From a virus, in the IMG/VR virus record IMGVR_UViG_3300005732_000005, positions 64,001 to 128,000 of that record: a stretch of DNA of 64,000 bases; one strand, 5' to 3'. Position numbers and translations under genes: made by a program. Of the stretch, positions 19,619 to 29,127 are shown in pieces. Positions within the stretch are counted from its first letter, which is position 1. Each line of letters starts with the position of its first letter. A model generated the notes under the pieces. The model had not been told where the DNA came from and did no database searches. It saw nothing but the letters and a program-made list of their open reading frames with translations.

Positions 19619-20170
19619 ATGGATTTTTCAAGTAAATCGGTTCCAGTTATTGCAGAGTACCTGAGGTTTTGGCTAGGTTCGGCAGGAGACTCTGTAATTT
19701 CAGATGAAACCCTGAATTATATCATTGAACTAACCCTTGCCCAAAATGAAAGTGCCTCGGGTTGTGATATAATTTTCAAATCGGCCATATCAACATTGGA
19801 ATGGTTGATTCGTAAAAGCGAACAAGGTAGTGCTGGTACTAGTGTTGGTGCGAGCGGAGAGTTGGAGAGTTTCACAGAGCAGGTGGGCGAGGTCACCATA
19901 ACCAAGAAATTTGACGTTTCTGGAACAACAACTTCGGGCAAGGAGGCTGGGTGGGATCGAATATTGTCTGATCTCCTTGCCGACCCAAACAGCATCGGGT
20001 GTGTTGTCACTCAATCTGAAGCTGTTGTTAAAGGTGTCGGGGAATGTCACTTCGGAGGAACATCCAACGAAGAATACTCACGTGTCAAGAACAACCCTGA
20101 CTCAAGAGGGGCATTCTCTTCATACTCAGCACCTTACCGACAGAATCTTGCTGGAAGAAAACTTTACTAA
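19619..20170 (+). CDS. Head-tail adaptor protein
   Basis: Helical N-terminus, EQVGEVTI motif, size and context. Confidence 0.6.
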   Translation: MDFSSKSVPVIAEYLRFWLGSAGDSVISDETLNYIIELTLAQNESASGCDIIFKSAISTLEWLIRKSEQGSAGTSVGASGELESFTEQVGEVTITKKFDVSGTTTSGKEAGWDRILSDLLADPNSIGCVVTQSEAVVKGVGECHFGGTSNEEYSRVKNNPDSRGAFSSYSAPYRQNLAGRKLY

Positions 20171-20198
20171 CAAAAAGGAGGCTTACGCCTCCCTCCCC

Positions 20199-21179
20199 TT
20201 ACCTCAAAACCTTCTTCTCAACAATTTTCCACTTCTCAGCACCACTCACACCTTGCACAAAAGAAGTAAACCCTGCCACAAAGAATCTCTGCTGCCCAAT
20301 ATAAGCCTCTGTTTCAGTGAAGTAACTATCCCTAACAAAGATGCTTATACGTTTCTGATTGTTATATGGAACTGTAAACACTTTTGCCGTCTTTGGCAAG
20401 TTCTTTTTAATCTCATTAAGATATTCTTTCAAAGAAGCAAACCCTGTGGCAGAGTTACAATTCTTATCACAACCATTCACCCAATCAAGAAACCTTACTC
20501 GATACTCATGATACCCTACCTTAACTTTCTCTCTTACAATTTGATACTGTGGCTGAGACATTGCTGCTTGTGCCTTAGCTAAGTTTTCTTCAACAACCTT
20601 TCTTTCGTGATCATTACTTGCCCATAGTTCGAACATTGGTTGACAAGTAGTTCTGATCAAATTGTCCTTTGGTAAACGTAAAAGTGTCTTTAAGGGAGAC
20701 TGATTACTTTCTACATGTGTTCTGTATGTCCTTAAGCAATGCATATTACTTTCCACAGCAAAACTAAACTCTGCAGACTCTTTCATTACAGATTGAAATC
20801 CTGCACAATTATTATCCTTATCAGCAAACACTCTTCCAACCTGAACACCTGCAGCCCAACTACCATTCCCGAAAGCATTATTCTGCACACCAGATAACCT
20901 TGCCTTAGAAGCACCTGCTGATACATAACTAAAACTCTGAGCACAACTAGCACCATCCTTACCAACACTATTTACAGGAATATTACCTATTGGACTACTG
21001 AGATACATTTGTTGCTGCATAACCGCTGTGTTGGCATTAGATATCGCTTGTGATTGATCCTGACTCCACACCTCATTCTCACTAGAAGGGTAATTTGGGC
21101 AAGTTCCATCTGAGCAAGTGTTATTTGCCAAAGTGTTTGTTGCAAAAAGTAAAGCTGTTGTTAAAATAAGTTTCTTCAT
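20199..21179 (-). CDS. Exported protein with Sec signal peptide
   Basis: MKKLILTTALLFATNTLA after AGGAG; paired cysteines. Confidence 0.65.
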   Translation of the reverse strand: MKKLILTTALLFATNTLANNTCSDGTCPNYPSSENEVWSQDQSQAISNANTAVMQQQMYLSSPIGNIPVNSVGKDGASCAQSFSYVSAGASKARLSGVQNNAFGNGSWAAGVQVGRVFADKDNNCAGFQSVMKESAEFSFAVESNMHCLRTYRTHVESNQSPLKTLLRLPKDNLIRTTCQPMFELWASNDHERKVVEENLAKAQAAMSQPQYQIVREKVKVGYHEYRVRFLDWVNGCDKNCNSATGFASLKEYLNEIKKNLPKTAKVFTVPYNNQKRISIFVRDSYFTETEAYIGQQRFFVAGFTSFVQGVSGAEKWKIVEKKVLR

Positions 21180-21317
21180 CAATAATCTCCTAATGTAATC
21201 AAATTTAGTTACTTTGCCTAATGTAACCATTTTCAGTTACAGCTAAATTTCAGGCAATAAAAAAGCTTGACCAGAATAATATCCGACCAAGCTTTTATTG
21301 TCAACAACTATTTTAAA

Positions 21318-21914
21318 TTAATCAAAATATGATTTAACGTTGTAAGATGTCTTATGTTCAGTAGTGACTGTTTGTAAATTAGTTTTCACTGTTTGGTTAT
21401 AAGTATTACCTTCATTGATACTGCCAATCTCTACACCAGTATCATAAATCTTACCAGAGAAACGGCTACCACCACTCACTTCTGTCACAGACTGATTATC
21501 CATCGTAGTGATATTTGTGTGAGATAAACGCTCTGAAGAGTTACCTGCCTTGAATGCTCCCAACTCGGTTGACACTTCGCAGATAGTCCCTGTTGCAGTG
21601 TTATCAATTGTTTGAGTAATATCTAGTTGTGTAGTGGATTTTTCCCAAGACTTGAAATCGCCGATCACAGAGTAATCATTACCTTTATTCACATCAGTAA
21701 CACAACCCGAACAAGGATACACTGTGATATCATAATCACCTTTGATACCCTTAAGACTTACATTTGACCAAGACTTGTCTTGACCAGTGATCTTTACATC
21801 ACCAGTTGTTCTAACAGTTTTTGTCCCTGTAGTAAAGTTGCTTGAGAAGTCTACAGCTTGTGAACTGAATGTTGTTGCTAAAAGTAATGTTGCTACTGCT
21901 AATAATTTTTTCAT
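21318..21914 (-). CDS. Exported Thr/Ser-rich beta protein with Sec signal peptide
   Basis: MKKLLAVATLLLATTFSSQA; TGTTATAAT on - at 21952-21960. Confidence 0.65.
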   Translation of the reverse strand: MKKLLAVATLLLATTFSSQAVDFSSNFTTGTKTVRTTGDVKITGQDKSWSNVSLKGIKGDYDITVYPCSGCVTDVNKGNDYSVIGDFKSWEKSTTQLDITQTIDNTATGTICEVSTELGAFKAGNSSERLSHTNITTMDNQSVTEVSGGSRFSGKIYDTGVEIGSINEGNTYNQTVKTNLQTVTTEHKTSYNVKSYFD

Positions 21915-21996
21915 AGAATATTTCCTCTTTGTTAATGTTTGTTTATATTTAATTATAACACTTTTGTAGTAGGTATGCTACCAACCTTTTATCTAA

Positions 21997-22512
21997 TCAC
22001 TCCTTCAAACTACCCTCCTTTGTTCTGATTAAGTATATTTCACTCTCATCACAATTACGTTCATAATGATACCAAGATCCAGGACGGTGTTTTCTGCAAC
22101 TCAATCTTAAGAAAGTTGTTCCGTTAAAAAGAGTGGATTCTACATCTAACACATCTACAACGTTACCCTCGTCCATATAAAAATCCGCATCCCCACTAAC
22201 AACAATTTCCACCTCATCACCAACCTTAATCCCTAAATCCTTCCAATTTTCCAGAGTGATACGTACTCTGTTAGAGCTTACCTTATTGGTAGGTGTTTCT
22301 AGCTTCTCAGTGATACTCTGAGGGACTTTCTCTACCAAGCAAGGTGAATACTCCTCGGGAGATAACATACGCTCCAAAGCTTTCTCATGAGCCGATAGAA
22401 TACCTTTTGCAAAGTGTAATTGTTTCTCAAGGGTTTTAATCTTAAGATTAATCTCTTCTACAGCAAGTTTATCGTTGTAAATAGTTTCTTGTAAATTTGT
22501 AATTTGTTTCAT
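21997..22512 (-). CDS. Hypothetical protein
   Basis: GAGG RBS before MKQIT; coiled coil plus SH3-like beta domain. Confidence 0.55.
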   Translation of the reverse strand: MKQITNLQETIYNDKLAVEEINLKIKTLEKQLHFAKGILSAHEKALERMLSPEEYSPCLVEKVPQSITEKLETPTNKVSSNRVRITLENWKDLGIKVGDEVEIVVSGDADFYMDEGNVVDVLDVESTLFNGTTFLRLSCRKHRPGSWYHYERNCDESEIYLIRTKEGSLKE

Positions 22513-22889
22513 AATTATAACCTCTCTAAGATTGAAACCGCTATTAAAATTAAAACTGGAGTAAATAACGCACCCATACAAAAACCTTTCCAAAAATCAT
22601 CCTTATCTAGCGAATTCACTTCCCTGCAGTGTAGTGCTTTTGGTGGAACTAATCTACTCTTACCATTACTACCTGAAAATTCTGACATCACTCTTTCTCC
22701 TCTAGCTAAAAACCACTTCCCACAATACCACTATCATTGCAAACAAGCAACCTATTTTTGCACCTAATGTGAAACTTTGCACAACACGTTTCTTCACCCT
22801 AGGAACTCTTTTCATAATGGCTTTGCTTGAGAGTAATGTCAATGCTACCAAATAACAAATTGTTGCATAAATTATTATTGGAATAGCTG

Positions 22890-23300
22890 TCACTTTGTTT
22901 TCTCCTCAAACTTTTTCTTTAAACGTAGATATTCCTTCTTCTCGAAATATTCTTTTGGTAGAGTGCAAGTGTATTTCTGAGTACCTGCTTGTCGAGAACA
23001 ATTCCTCCGAAAGAACTTATCTATTGTATCAAAATAGCCACCTGAGTCAATACCTTTTTCAGGGATATGTTTCACTAAGATTCCATGATCACGGCAATCT
23101 ACTTCTGTCATATATGCTTGGTGACCTGACAATACTCTATAATAACATTTACCAGAGACCTTTCCTTGGTATAATTTACTACTCCCTCCCCAAACACCTC
23201 TGTTAATATCTTTAATCTCTACGTAACCCTCTGGCAGAGCATAACTCATACTAGGTAATCCAACCATACCTACCAACAATAAAACCTTCTTAAAACTCAT
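22890..23300 (-). CDS. Hypothetical exported protein
   Basis: AGGAGG RBS before MSFKKVLLLVGMVG signal-like N-terminus. Confidence 0.5.
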   Translation of the reverse strand: MSFKKVLLLVGMVGLPSMSYALPEGYVEIKDINRGVWGGSSKLYQGKVSGKCYYRVLSGHQAYMTEVDCRDHGILVKHIPEKGIDSGGYFDTIDKFFRRNCSRQAGTQKYTCTLPKEYFEKKEYLRLKKKFEEKTK

Positions 23301-23404
23301 TCTACGTCCTCCTAAAATCAATTTCACAAACAAGAAAGCCCTCTCACCAAGACTCCCTCTTCAATAAGGAAATATTAGCAAAAGGGCTTATGTTGTGTCA
23401 AGAG

Positions 23405-23644
23405 TTATTTTTGTAAATCCACCAATTTAATTTCAATAAGGCCACATTTATAACGAGACTGTCCTTCCCACCACTCATCCACTTCGTCGTCAGTTTTCCA
23501 ACCCAAAATCTCATAAGTGTGGTTACTTAGAAACAATTCAATACTATCCGTTTTACAATAATGAGCTGTCTCAATAATAACACCTGAACCTAAAGTGTCA
23601 TGTACAACCCAAAATTTAGGTGAAAGTTTTTGTTGTTTGTTCAT
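23405..23644 (-). CDS. Hypothetical protein
   Basis: AAGGAG RBS before MNKQQ. Confidence 0.5.
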   Translation of the reverse strand: MNKQQKLSPKFWVVHDTLGSGVIIETAHYCKTDSIELFLSNHTYEILGWKTDDEVDEWWEGQSRYKCGLIEIKLVDLQK

Positions 23645-23655
23645 TATCTTCTCCT

Positions 23656-23922
23656 TTATATAAAATTTAAACATCCATATAAATAAGCTTTTATAGACTT
23701 ATCGCAATTAGCTCCGTTAATAACTTGATATTCTCCGTCACCTAAATCGAAATACAATTGCGAACCTGTACTCAACGATGACATAAAACCTGCCTTTTGG
23801 TAAACTTTAAAATCTGCAAACCATTTTGGTTCGTCATAATGAGAGTTAATCTCGTTTAATAGGTCAGCGATCTCTTCATCAGGGTGTTGTGGTTTGTAAG
23901 GTAAAAATGTTGTTGATGGCAT
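23656..23922 (-). CDS. Hypothetical protein
   Basis: GAGGAG RBS; operon packing. Confidence 0.55.
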   Translation of the reverse strand: MPSTTFLPYKPQHPDEEIADLLNEINSHYDEPKWFADFKVYQKAGFMSSLSTGSQLYFDLGDGEYQVINGANCDKSIKAYLYGCLNFI

Positions 23923-24479
23923 TATCTATTCTCCTCAAAATTAATTCTTACACTTTGCCAATACTTATCACTAACAGTTTTCTGACCTTCACACCTGTTT
24001 TTGCAATAATAGAACTTTCCAAACTTACCTTCTTGAGGTGTCATACTTTCTCTACAACAATTACATGTAGGAAATTCTTTATAAAGGTTATTGCTTGCTT
24101 CTTTATTCAACCAAGTAGTGTCATTTAATTTGGTGTAACCTAGGTCAATTAAATCTTCTTCTGATAGTGTTTCTGGATCAAAACGGTCTCTTTGGACATT
24201 TCCTGTTCTAGACTTAAGTGAGTGTGCTAGTTCAAAATCCTTCACTGCATGAGCTAACTCATTTTCAACAGCTTCCTTTGTAGGGATATAACTTCTATCC
24301 CAAGCAGATTCAACACTAGGATCACACTCTTGTCCCAGTTCATTAATGATACCTGCTTCATAAGCTTCGTGGATTCCTACTCTCCCTGCAACATAATCAT
24401 CACAAAAAGCTTCGTGGTCAATACACATATCTAAGGAATCTTGTGCATGTTGTCCAATTACAAAGCCTCCCAAACCCAA
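23922..24479 (-). CDS. Hypothetical protein with C-terminal topoisomerase-type C4 zinc ribbon
   Basis: CNCC...M...GKFGKFYYC...C. Confidence 0.65.
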   Translation of the reverse strand: MGLGGFVIGQHAQDSLDMCIDHEAFCDDYVAGRVGIHEAYEAGIINELGQECDPSVESAWDRSYIPTKEAVENELAHAVKDFELAHSLKSRTGNVQRDRFDPETLSEEDLIDLGYTKLNDTTWLNKEASNNLYKEFPTCNCCRESMTPQEGKFGKFYYCKNRCEGQKTVSDKYWQSVRINFEENR

Positions 24480-24775
24480 GTTTCAACTTTCCTAAGTCTA
24501 CATTTTACAAACTCCTCTCCGTTTTCTAAGCAGTGTTTGGCATCTTTATATCTATTGTCTCCTTGGTACTCTTGCATCCAATATCCTCTCAAATGGTCTG
24601 GTGTAGGTTTATCACAATAATCTTCGTAACAAAAATAAGTATTATTTACAGAAATTAAGTACTTGGTTTGTGGTACACCCTTCCTCCTGTCAACAAGTAT
24701 TTCATCTTCCTCTGTGAAATTATCTACGAGTATGTCTAAGTCTTCTTTAGAAAGGTTGTGTGTTGATGTTACCAT
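24458..24775 (-). CDS. Hypothetical protein
   Basis: GAGGAG RBS. Confidence 0.55.
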   Translation of the reverse strand: MVTSTHNLSKEDLDILVDNFTEEDEILVDRRKGVPQTKYLISVNNTYFCYEDYCDKPTPDHLRGYWMQEYQGDNRYKDAKHCLENGEEFVKCRLRKVETWVWEAL

Positions 24776-24843
24776 TATTTATTCTCCTCAAAATTAATTT
24801 CAACAAAATGTATCTTATCGTAAAAGGGTTGTTTGTGCAAGTG

Positions 24844-26118
24844 TTAAAACTCTATGTCGTAAAAACAGTTTCTATTATCACCAAGCACTTCTTTCCAACC
24901 ATCCCTCATAGTCTGTATCAGAAGGTCTCTATCATTAACTGAAACTACAAAACTATCGTGCCAAGGAAGTACACATTTACTAAGGTTCGTGAACACGTTT
25001 ATAACATAAGCTGCAATCTCAGAATCATAGTGTTGCAACATTGCCCACAAATCTTCTTTACCAAACCAGTGAGCTATATTTTCATTCTTTTCAATAAGCC
25101 TATCGAATATTTTTGTTATATCTCCCTTCCCAAGACGGATACCTTTGAATTCAGACTTTTCTGAGAATATCTTGAACAAAGCTGCTTTTGCTGTTTTAAT
25201 ATCCTTGGAGTTAAGTAGACACATCATAGCATATTTACTTAAAAGTCTGGATGAATTTGTATCATCACCCTCTCCAAGTATATCTTTTATACAACAGTAA
25301 GGTTCCCAACTCATAGGTTTATAAACTTTATCTATTTCCATTAAGATTCTAGGGTGCATCTGTTTAAAATCAACTTCTGTTGTTTTCATTCCATTAATGG
25401 TTATGTGTTTCCTGAACTCAGATCTGGTAGTTTGTAAACAACTTTGAGTGTACCACCTACCATGCTTATCTAAACAGTCAGTGAAAACTCTTTTATATAC
25501 TGCACAAACAGGATGCATTTTACACCTTATATCGAAAGCTTCAAGAACCTTATTATACTTTACTACAAGCTCTCTTTTATTCTTTATACCTCTTAATTTA
25601 CTTAATTCGGTAATAAGGTCTCCCGTCTTAGAATCCCTAAGTTCGATAAATGTTGCAACAGGAAGTGGTCTACCTACACGCTCCATATCTACCTTATCAA
25701 AAACTTCTATAAGTCTATCAGTTATAGTGTAGCAACTTTTTAAACTGGTATTTGTTTCTAGATCAAAGAAACCTTTATACAGATTTATGTAACCTAGTTT
25801 ATCAAGTGTTTCAACAACCCTCTTACACTTTACATAAGAGATCTTACTTCCATTAAGTTCATTTGCCTTTGTGTAATTAGCTTTTCGTAAGGAAAACATG
25901 CTACCACTAAGTCCCTTTTTTATAGGGTTAATAGCTGATGTGATAAAAACCCAAACCTCTTTTTTGTGATTACTAGGTAAGTACTTCATAAAATGATTGT
26001 GGACAGGTATAAGCTTCTTATTCTCATTGAAACCTATATAGAAAGGTTCACAACCTATCGTTATTAATGTTCTGTCTTCTGGAGATAGATCCTTTAGATT
26101 TATTGTCATTACATTCAC
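24844..26118 (-). CDS. Minimal A-superfamily (T7 RNAP/PolA-fold) polymerase with N-terminal wHTH-like region
   Basis: DKHGRWY (DxxGR), EVDFKQMHPRIL (motif A), RLLSK (motif B), LQHYDS, LPWHDSF (motif C). Confidence 0.7.
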   Translation of the reverse strand: MNVMTINLKDLSPEDRTLITIGCEPFYIGFNENKKLIPVHNHFMKYLPSNHKKEVWVFITSAINPIKKGLSGSMFSLRKANYTKANELNGSKISYVKCKRVVETLDKLGYINLYKGFFDLETNTSLKSCYTITDRLIEVFDKVDMERVGRPLPVATFIELRDSKTGDLITELSKLRGIKNKRELVVKYNKVLEAFDIRCKMHPVCAVYKRVFTDCLDKHGRWYTQSCLQTTRSEFRKHITINGMKTTEVDFKQMHPRILMEIDKVYKPMSWEPYCCIKDILGEGDDTNSSRLLSKYAMMCLLNSKDIKTAKAALFKIFSEKSEFKGIRLGKGDITKIFDRLIEKNENIAHWFGKEDLWAMLQHYDSEIAAYVINVFTNLSKCVLPWHDSFVVSVNDRDLLIQTMRDGWKEVLGDNRNCFYDIEF

Positions 26119-26251
26119 CTTCGTTATTTAGGTTAATATTGTTAATCATTATGTAATTTACGCATTTAAGTATATAAGTGGCTCTGGACATACTAGCTCT
26201 ATTAGAATCAATATACTCTAATATAGGTCTAGGAAGTATCAATTTCAACAT
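26048..26251 (-). CDS. Ribbon-helix-helix (CopG-like) protein
   Basis: MLKLILPRPILEYIDSNRASMSRATYI pattern; GGAG RBS. Confidence 0.6.
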   Translation of the reverse strand: MLKLILPRPILEYIDSNRASMSRATYILKCVNYIMINNINLNNEGECNDNKSKGSISRRQNINNDRL

Positions 26252-26344
26252 AAGTATTTCTCCAATAAGTATGTATATAGTTAGAAAGGGGAGTTCATAT
26301 GGTTCGCTAAAAACTATAAAACCTATATAAAATAATCACTTAAC

Positions 26345-26593
26345 CTACGTTTTTTGAATTCGGTTTGTTAAATGTATCTCTATTTCACCTCCCAATACCT
26401 TAATAACTTCTACTATTACATCCACACTTACATCAGATCCTGACCTAGTTAAAATAGAGGTTAATTGGGATTTGTGAAAACCTCCATCTCCCATCGCAAC
26501 TATTTGGTCGTAGGTGAGCTTGTTTTCATACTTGAGAGTTTTAACTATATCGCAAAGCTTGCTTTTAACATTCATTTGATTTCTCCTGTTCAT
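26345..26593 (-). CDS. XRE-family HTH protein
   Basis: LTYDQIV...HKSQLTSIL...VSVDVIVEVIKVLGG; likely start 26575 after AGGAG; TGGTATAAT at 26599-26607. Confidence 0.65.
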   Translation of the reverse strand: MNRRNQMNVKSKLCDIVKTLKYENKLTYDQIVAMGDGGFHKSQLTSILTRSGSDVSVDVIVEVIKVLGGEIEIHLTNRIQKT

Positions 26594-26822
26594 AATACAT
26601 TATACCATGAATATTTCTATATACCAAGTTTCCTGAACAACTATAAAAGTAGGTAGGTTTTATCAAGATTATTCTCCTACAAATTACCCCTATTATACAA
26701 CTATGGTGCCCTCTAAGACGTAAGTCTATGTTTCATAAGGAAAAGCACCTCTAAAATTACCTATCACTGGAACACTAAAAAACCACTCCCATTTGCAACA
26801 ATTTTCCTTCGAAATAATGACC

Positions 26823-27104
26823 TCATCTCAACTTCACACTACTGGCACAAAACTTATAGCTAGAACAATCATTAGCCACAATATGCTTGCCAATAAAAGT
26901 TTTCATATGTTCAATAAATTCATCATTTGTCATATCATCTAGTGTATCCACATCTCCAAAGGTGCCATCTTCATCATCAATTGCAAAATCAATAATTACA
27001 ACACCTCCAGTAGTTGTCTCTACAATAAACCCTTCGAAATAGGATTGTTCCCACACATCATCATAACCCTCTTCCACACCTACAATTTCACCTTCAATCT
27101 TCAT
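26823..27104 (-). CDS. Hypothetical acidic protein
   Basis: GAGG RBS. Confidence 0.55.
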   Translation of the reverse strand: MKIEGEIVGVEEGYDDVWEQSYFEGFIVETTTGGVVIIDFAIDDEDGTFGDVDTLDDMTNDEFIEHMKTFIGKHIVANDCSSYKFCASSVKLR

Positions 27105-27146
27105 AACAACCTCTCACCATTATACCTACAGTAGTGTGATATTTAA

Positions 27147-27395
27147 TCACTTCCAAACCCATTGAATCTTTGTCTCAGAATATCCTTTTGGGAAAACTAT
27201 GTCAATTGTGTAATAAGTATCAAGGTCTTTAATTACATCAATAATTTCGAAACAATACTCATTTTTCAATTGATCAATCACTTCATCAAGACCTCTTATA
27301 GACCCGTAAGCACTCAAATAGTTTTTAATGGAAAGTTTATCCGAAAAAGGGAAATTATATCCATCACTATCTAGGTAAAAATATTTCTTATTCAT
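27147..27395 (-). CDS. Hypothetical protein
   Basis: Overlapping stop/start packing. Confidence 0.5.
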   Translation of the reverse strand: MNKKYFYLDSDGYNFPFSDKLSIKNYLSAYGSIRGLDEVIDQLKNEYCFEIIDVIKDLDTYYTIDIVFPKGYSETKIQWVWK

Positions 27396-27763
27396 AACAA
27401 CTCCTTCAAATGACTTAGTGTAAAAGAAAATCCATCAAGATATCTTTCTTCTAACCTTGTAATAAATTCTTTAGCAGTTTCCTCTTTTGTAGAAGAGTCT
27501 GTCAATTCCTCTAACAAATCTTTAATCCAATATTCTTCCCAACAAGAATCATAACCATCATCCTCAAAGTAGCCAACTGTACCATCAAGATACACTACCA
27601 AACTCTTATCACCACCATCCGTTACAACAAAACCTTCTTCTGTAGTTTGTTCCTCTTCATGAAGGACATTATTTGTAATAAATTTTGGTTTAATATCATA
27701 CCTACTATCTTCGATATATTCCATCATAAGCTTTAGTTCTTGTTTAGTGATTAAGTTTTTCAT
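27392..27763 (-). CDS. Hypothetical acidic protein
   Basis: GAGGAG RBS. Confidence 0.55.
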   Translation of the reverse strand: MKNLITKQELKLMMEYIEDSRYDIKPKFITNNVLHEEEQTTEEGFVVTDGGDKSLVVYLDGTVGYFEDDGYDSCWEEYWIKDLLEELTDSSTKEETAKEFITRLEERYLDGFSFTLSHLKELL

Positions 27764-27764
27764 A

Positions 27765-28148
27765 TTATTTCTCCTCTAATTTTCCAACACTACCATAAAC
27801 TAATTCACTCTCAACTTCAACATCCACTTCACCATAATAATCTTCTGTGTAAGATGTTTTCAATTCAACTTTGATCATAACGTTATCACCTTCTCGGACA
27901 TCAAAATTATCTTTAATCAGCCCATGCATATCCATACATTCCCAATGCAAAACAGATTCCTCATCATAAGAGAGATATTCTGTATCAAACTCCACATCTT
28001 TGTCAAGGATTTCATAGTTAATATCACCTAGATAATGTAGCTGGTATTTTATTGTGCATGTTGGAGAGATTTCTTGTAATCTATATTCCGTACGTTCAAT
28101 GTCTCCAATCTCTTGTATTGCTATATTCCAGTTAAAACTACTCATCAC
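27765..28148 (-). CDS. Hypothetical acidic protein
   Basis: GAGG RBS; operon packing. Confidence 0.55.
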   Translation of the reverse strand: MMSSFNWNIAIQEIGDIERTEYRLQEISPTCTIKYQLHYLGDINYEILDKDVEFDTEYLSYDEESVLHWECMDMHGLIKDNFDVREGDNVMIKVELKTSYTEDYYGEVDVEVESELVYGSVGKLEEK

Positions 28149-28314
28149 TCACCTCTAATTCAAAATCACACTCAAGGATAGCACTCTTTACATCAGATAG
28201 TGACATTTCCTTACATTCATAATCCCAGTGATACTCAATCGAACTCACGGTTATATTAATCTCACCATCACGGATCATCTCTTTGATAACCTCTTTAATT
28301 AATTTCTTATCCAT
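28138..28314 (-). CDS. Small protein, 58 aa (not in ORF track)
   Basis: GGAGG RBS; MDKKLIKEVIKEMIRDGEI...; fills gap. Confidence 0.5.
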   Translation of the reverse strand: MDKKLIKEVIKEMIRDGEINITVSSIEYHWDYECKEMSLSDVKSAILECDFELEVSDE

Positions 28315-28502
28315 ATTAACCTCCCAATAAATAACCTATAATGAAAAATATAACCGTCACCAATACCTGTGCATCACGTATACTTTCTAAACGATTCTGT
28401 ATGTCATCTTCTAACTTACTCAAGTGTATCCTTTGTAGGGTAGCATCCTTGCCCAGAACAGCTTGATTGTAAGATTCAAGAGTATCTTGGTTGATACGGT
28501 AT

Positions 28503-28823
28503 CTACTGGACATCCCCACTCTCTATCATCACCATACACCCTTGGTAAATATCTTTATTCACTTCTTCTACAACAAACCATGTGTGAACAAAACCTAGCA
28601 TCACAGCAATTACATGTAGGAACATTAAAGCACCTCCTGTAATAAACCCTAAAGCAAGAAGCATAAGGATTGCTAATCCCCAATCGTTCTTACCGCAATA
28701 GAAGTAGTGTGCTCCGAAAGCTCCTAAGAAAAATCCAACGATATATGCGATAAGGGCATTCTTCTTGCGACTGTTGTATAACATTTCTACTTGTAACATC
28801 TTATTCATCATTCTTCTCCTCAT
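28503..28823 (-). CDS. TM2-domain membrane protein
   Basis: KKNALIAYIVGFFLGAFGAHYFYCGK. Confidence 0.85.
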   Translation of the reverse strand: MRRRMMNKMLQVEMLYNSRKKNALIAYIVGFFLGAFGAHYFYCGKNDWGLAILMLLALGFITGGALMFLHVIAVMLGFVHTWFVVEEVNKDIYQGCMVMIESGDVQ

Positions 28824-29040
28824 TGTTAATTTCTACCGACTCCATATCTTCGAAAGGGTTTAACTCCCAAGACACCACCTCATTCTCACTGAGTAACGTT
28901 TTGAGAGCATTTCTCAAGTGACGAGTATCTTGTTCTACCTTACGGTCATATTCCTCTTTGTGAGCTTTCTCTACTTCAAGGATACGTTTATGGTAAGCAT
29001 CTATTCTTGCTTGAACTAATGGTTCGTATAAGAGTTTCAT
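28801..29040 (-). CDS. Hypothetical protein
   Basis: GAGGAG RBS; sigma70-like promoter upstream. Confidence 0.55.
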   Translation of the reverse strand: MKLLYEPLVQARIDAYHKRILEVEKAHKEEYDRKVEQDTRHLRNALKTLLSENEVVSWELNPFEDMESVEINNEEKNDE

Positions 29041-29127
29041 TGTTAGTCTCCTCTGTTTCGATAGGTATAATATTCTCAGAAAAGATCTCTCTAGTCAAGG
29101 ACTTTTTGAAAAATCTTTTATTAGGTA

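Noticed and set aside
19911-20582. 223-aa plus-strand ORF and similar shadow ORFs (e.g. 9938-10273, 42170-42544, 61557-62003)
   Set aside because: Overlap better-supported genes, lack RBS, or cross terminators
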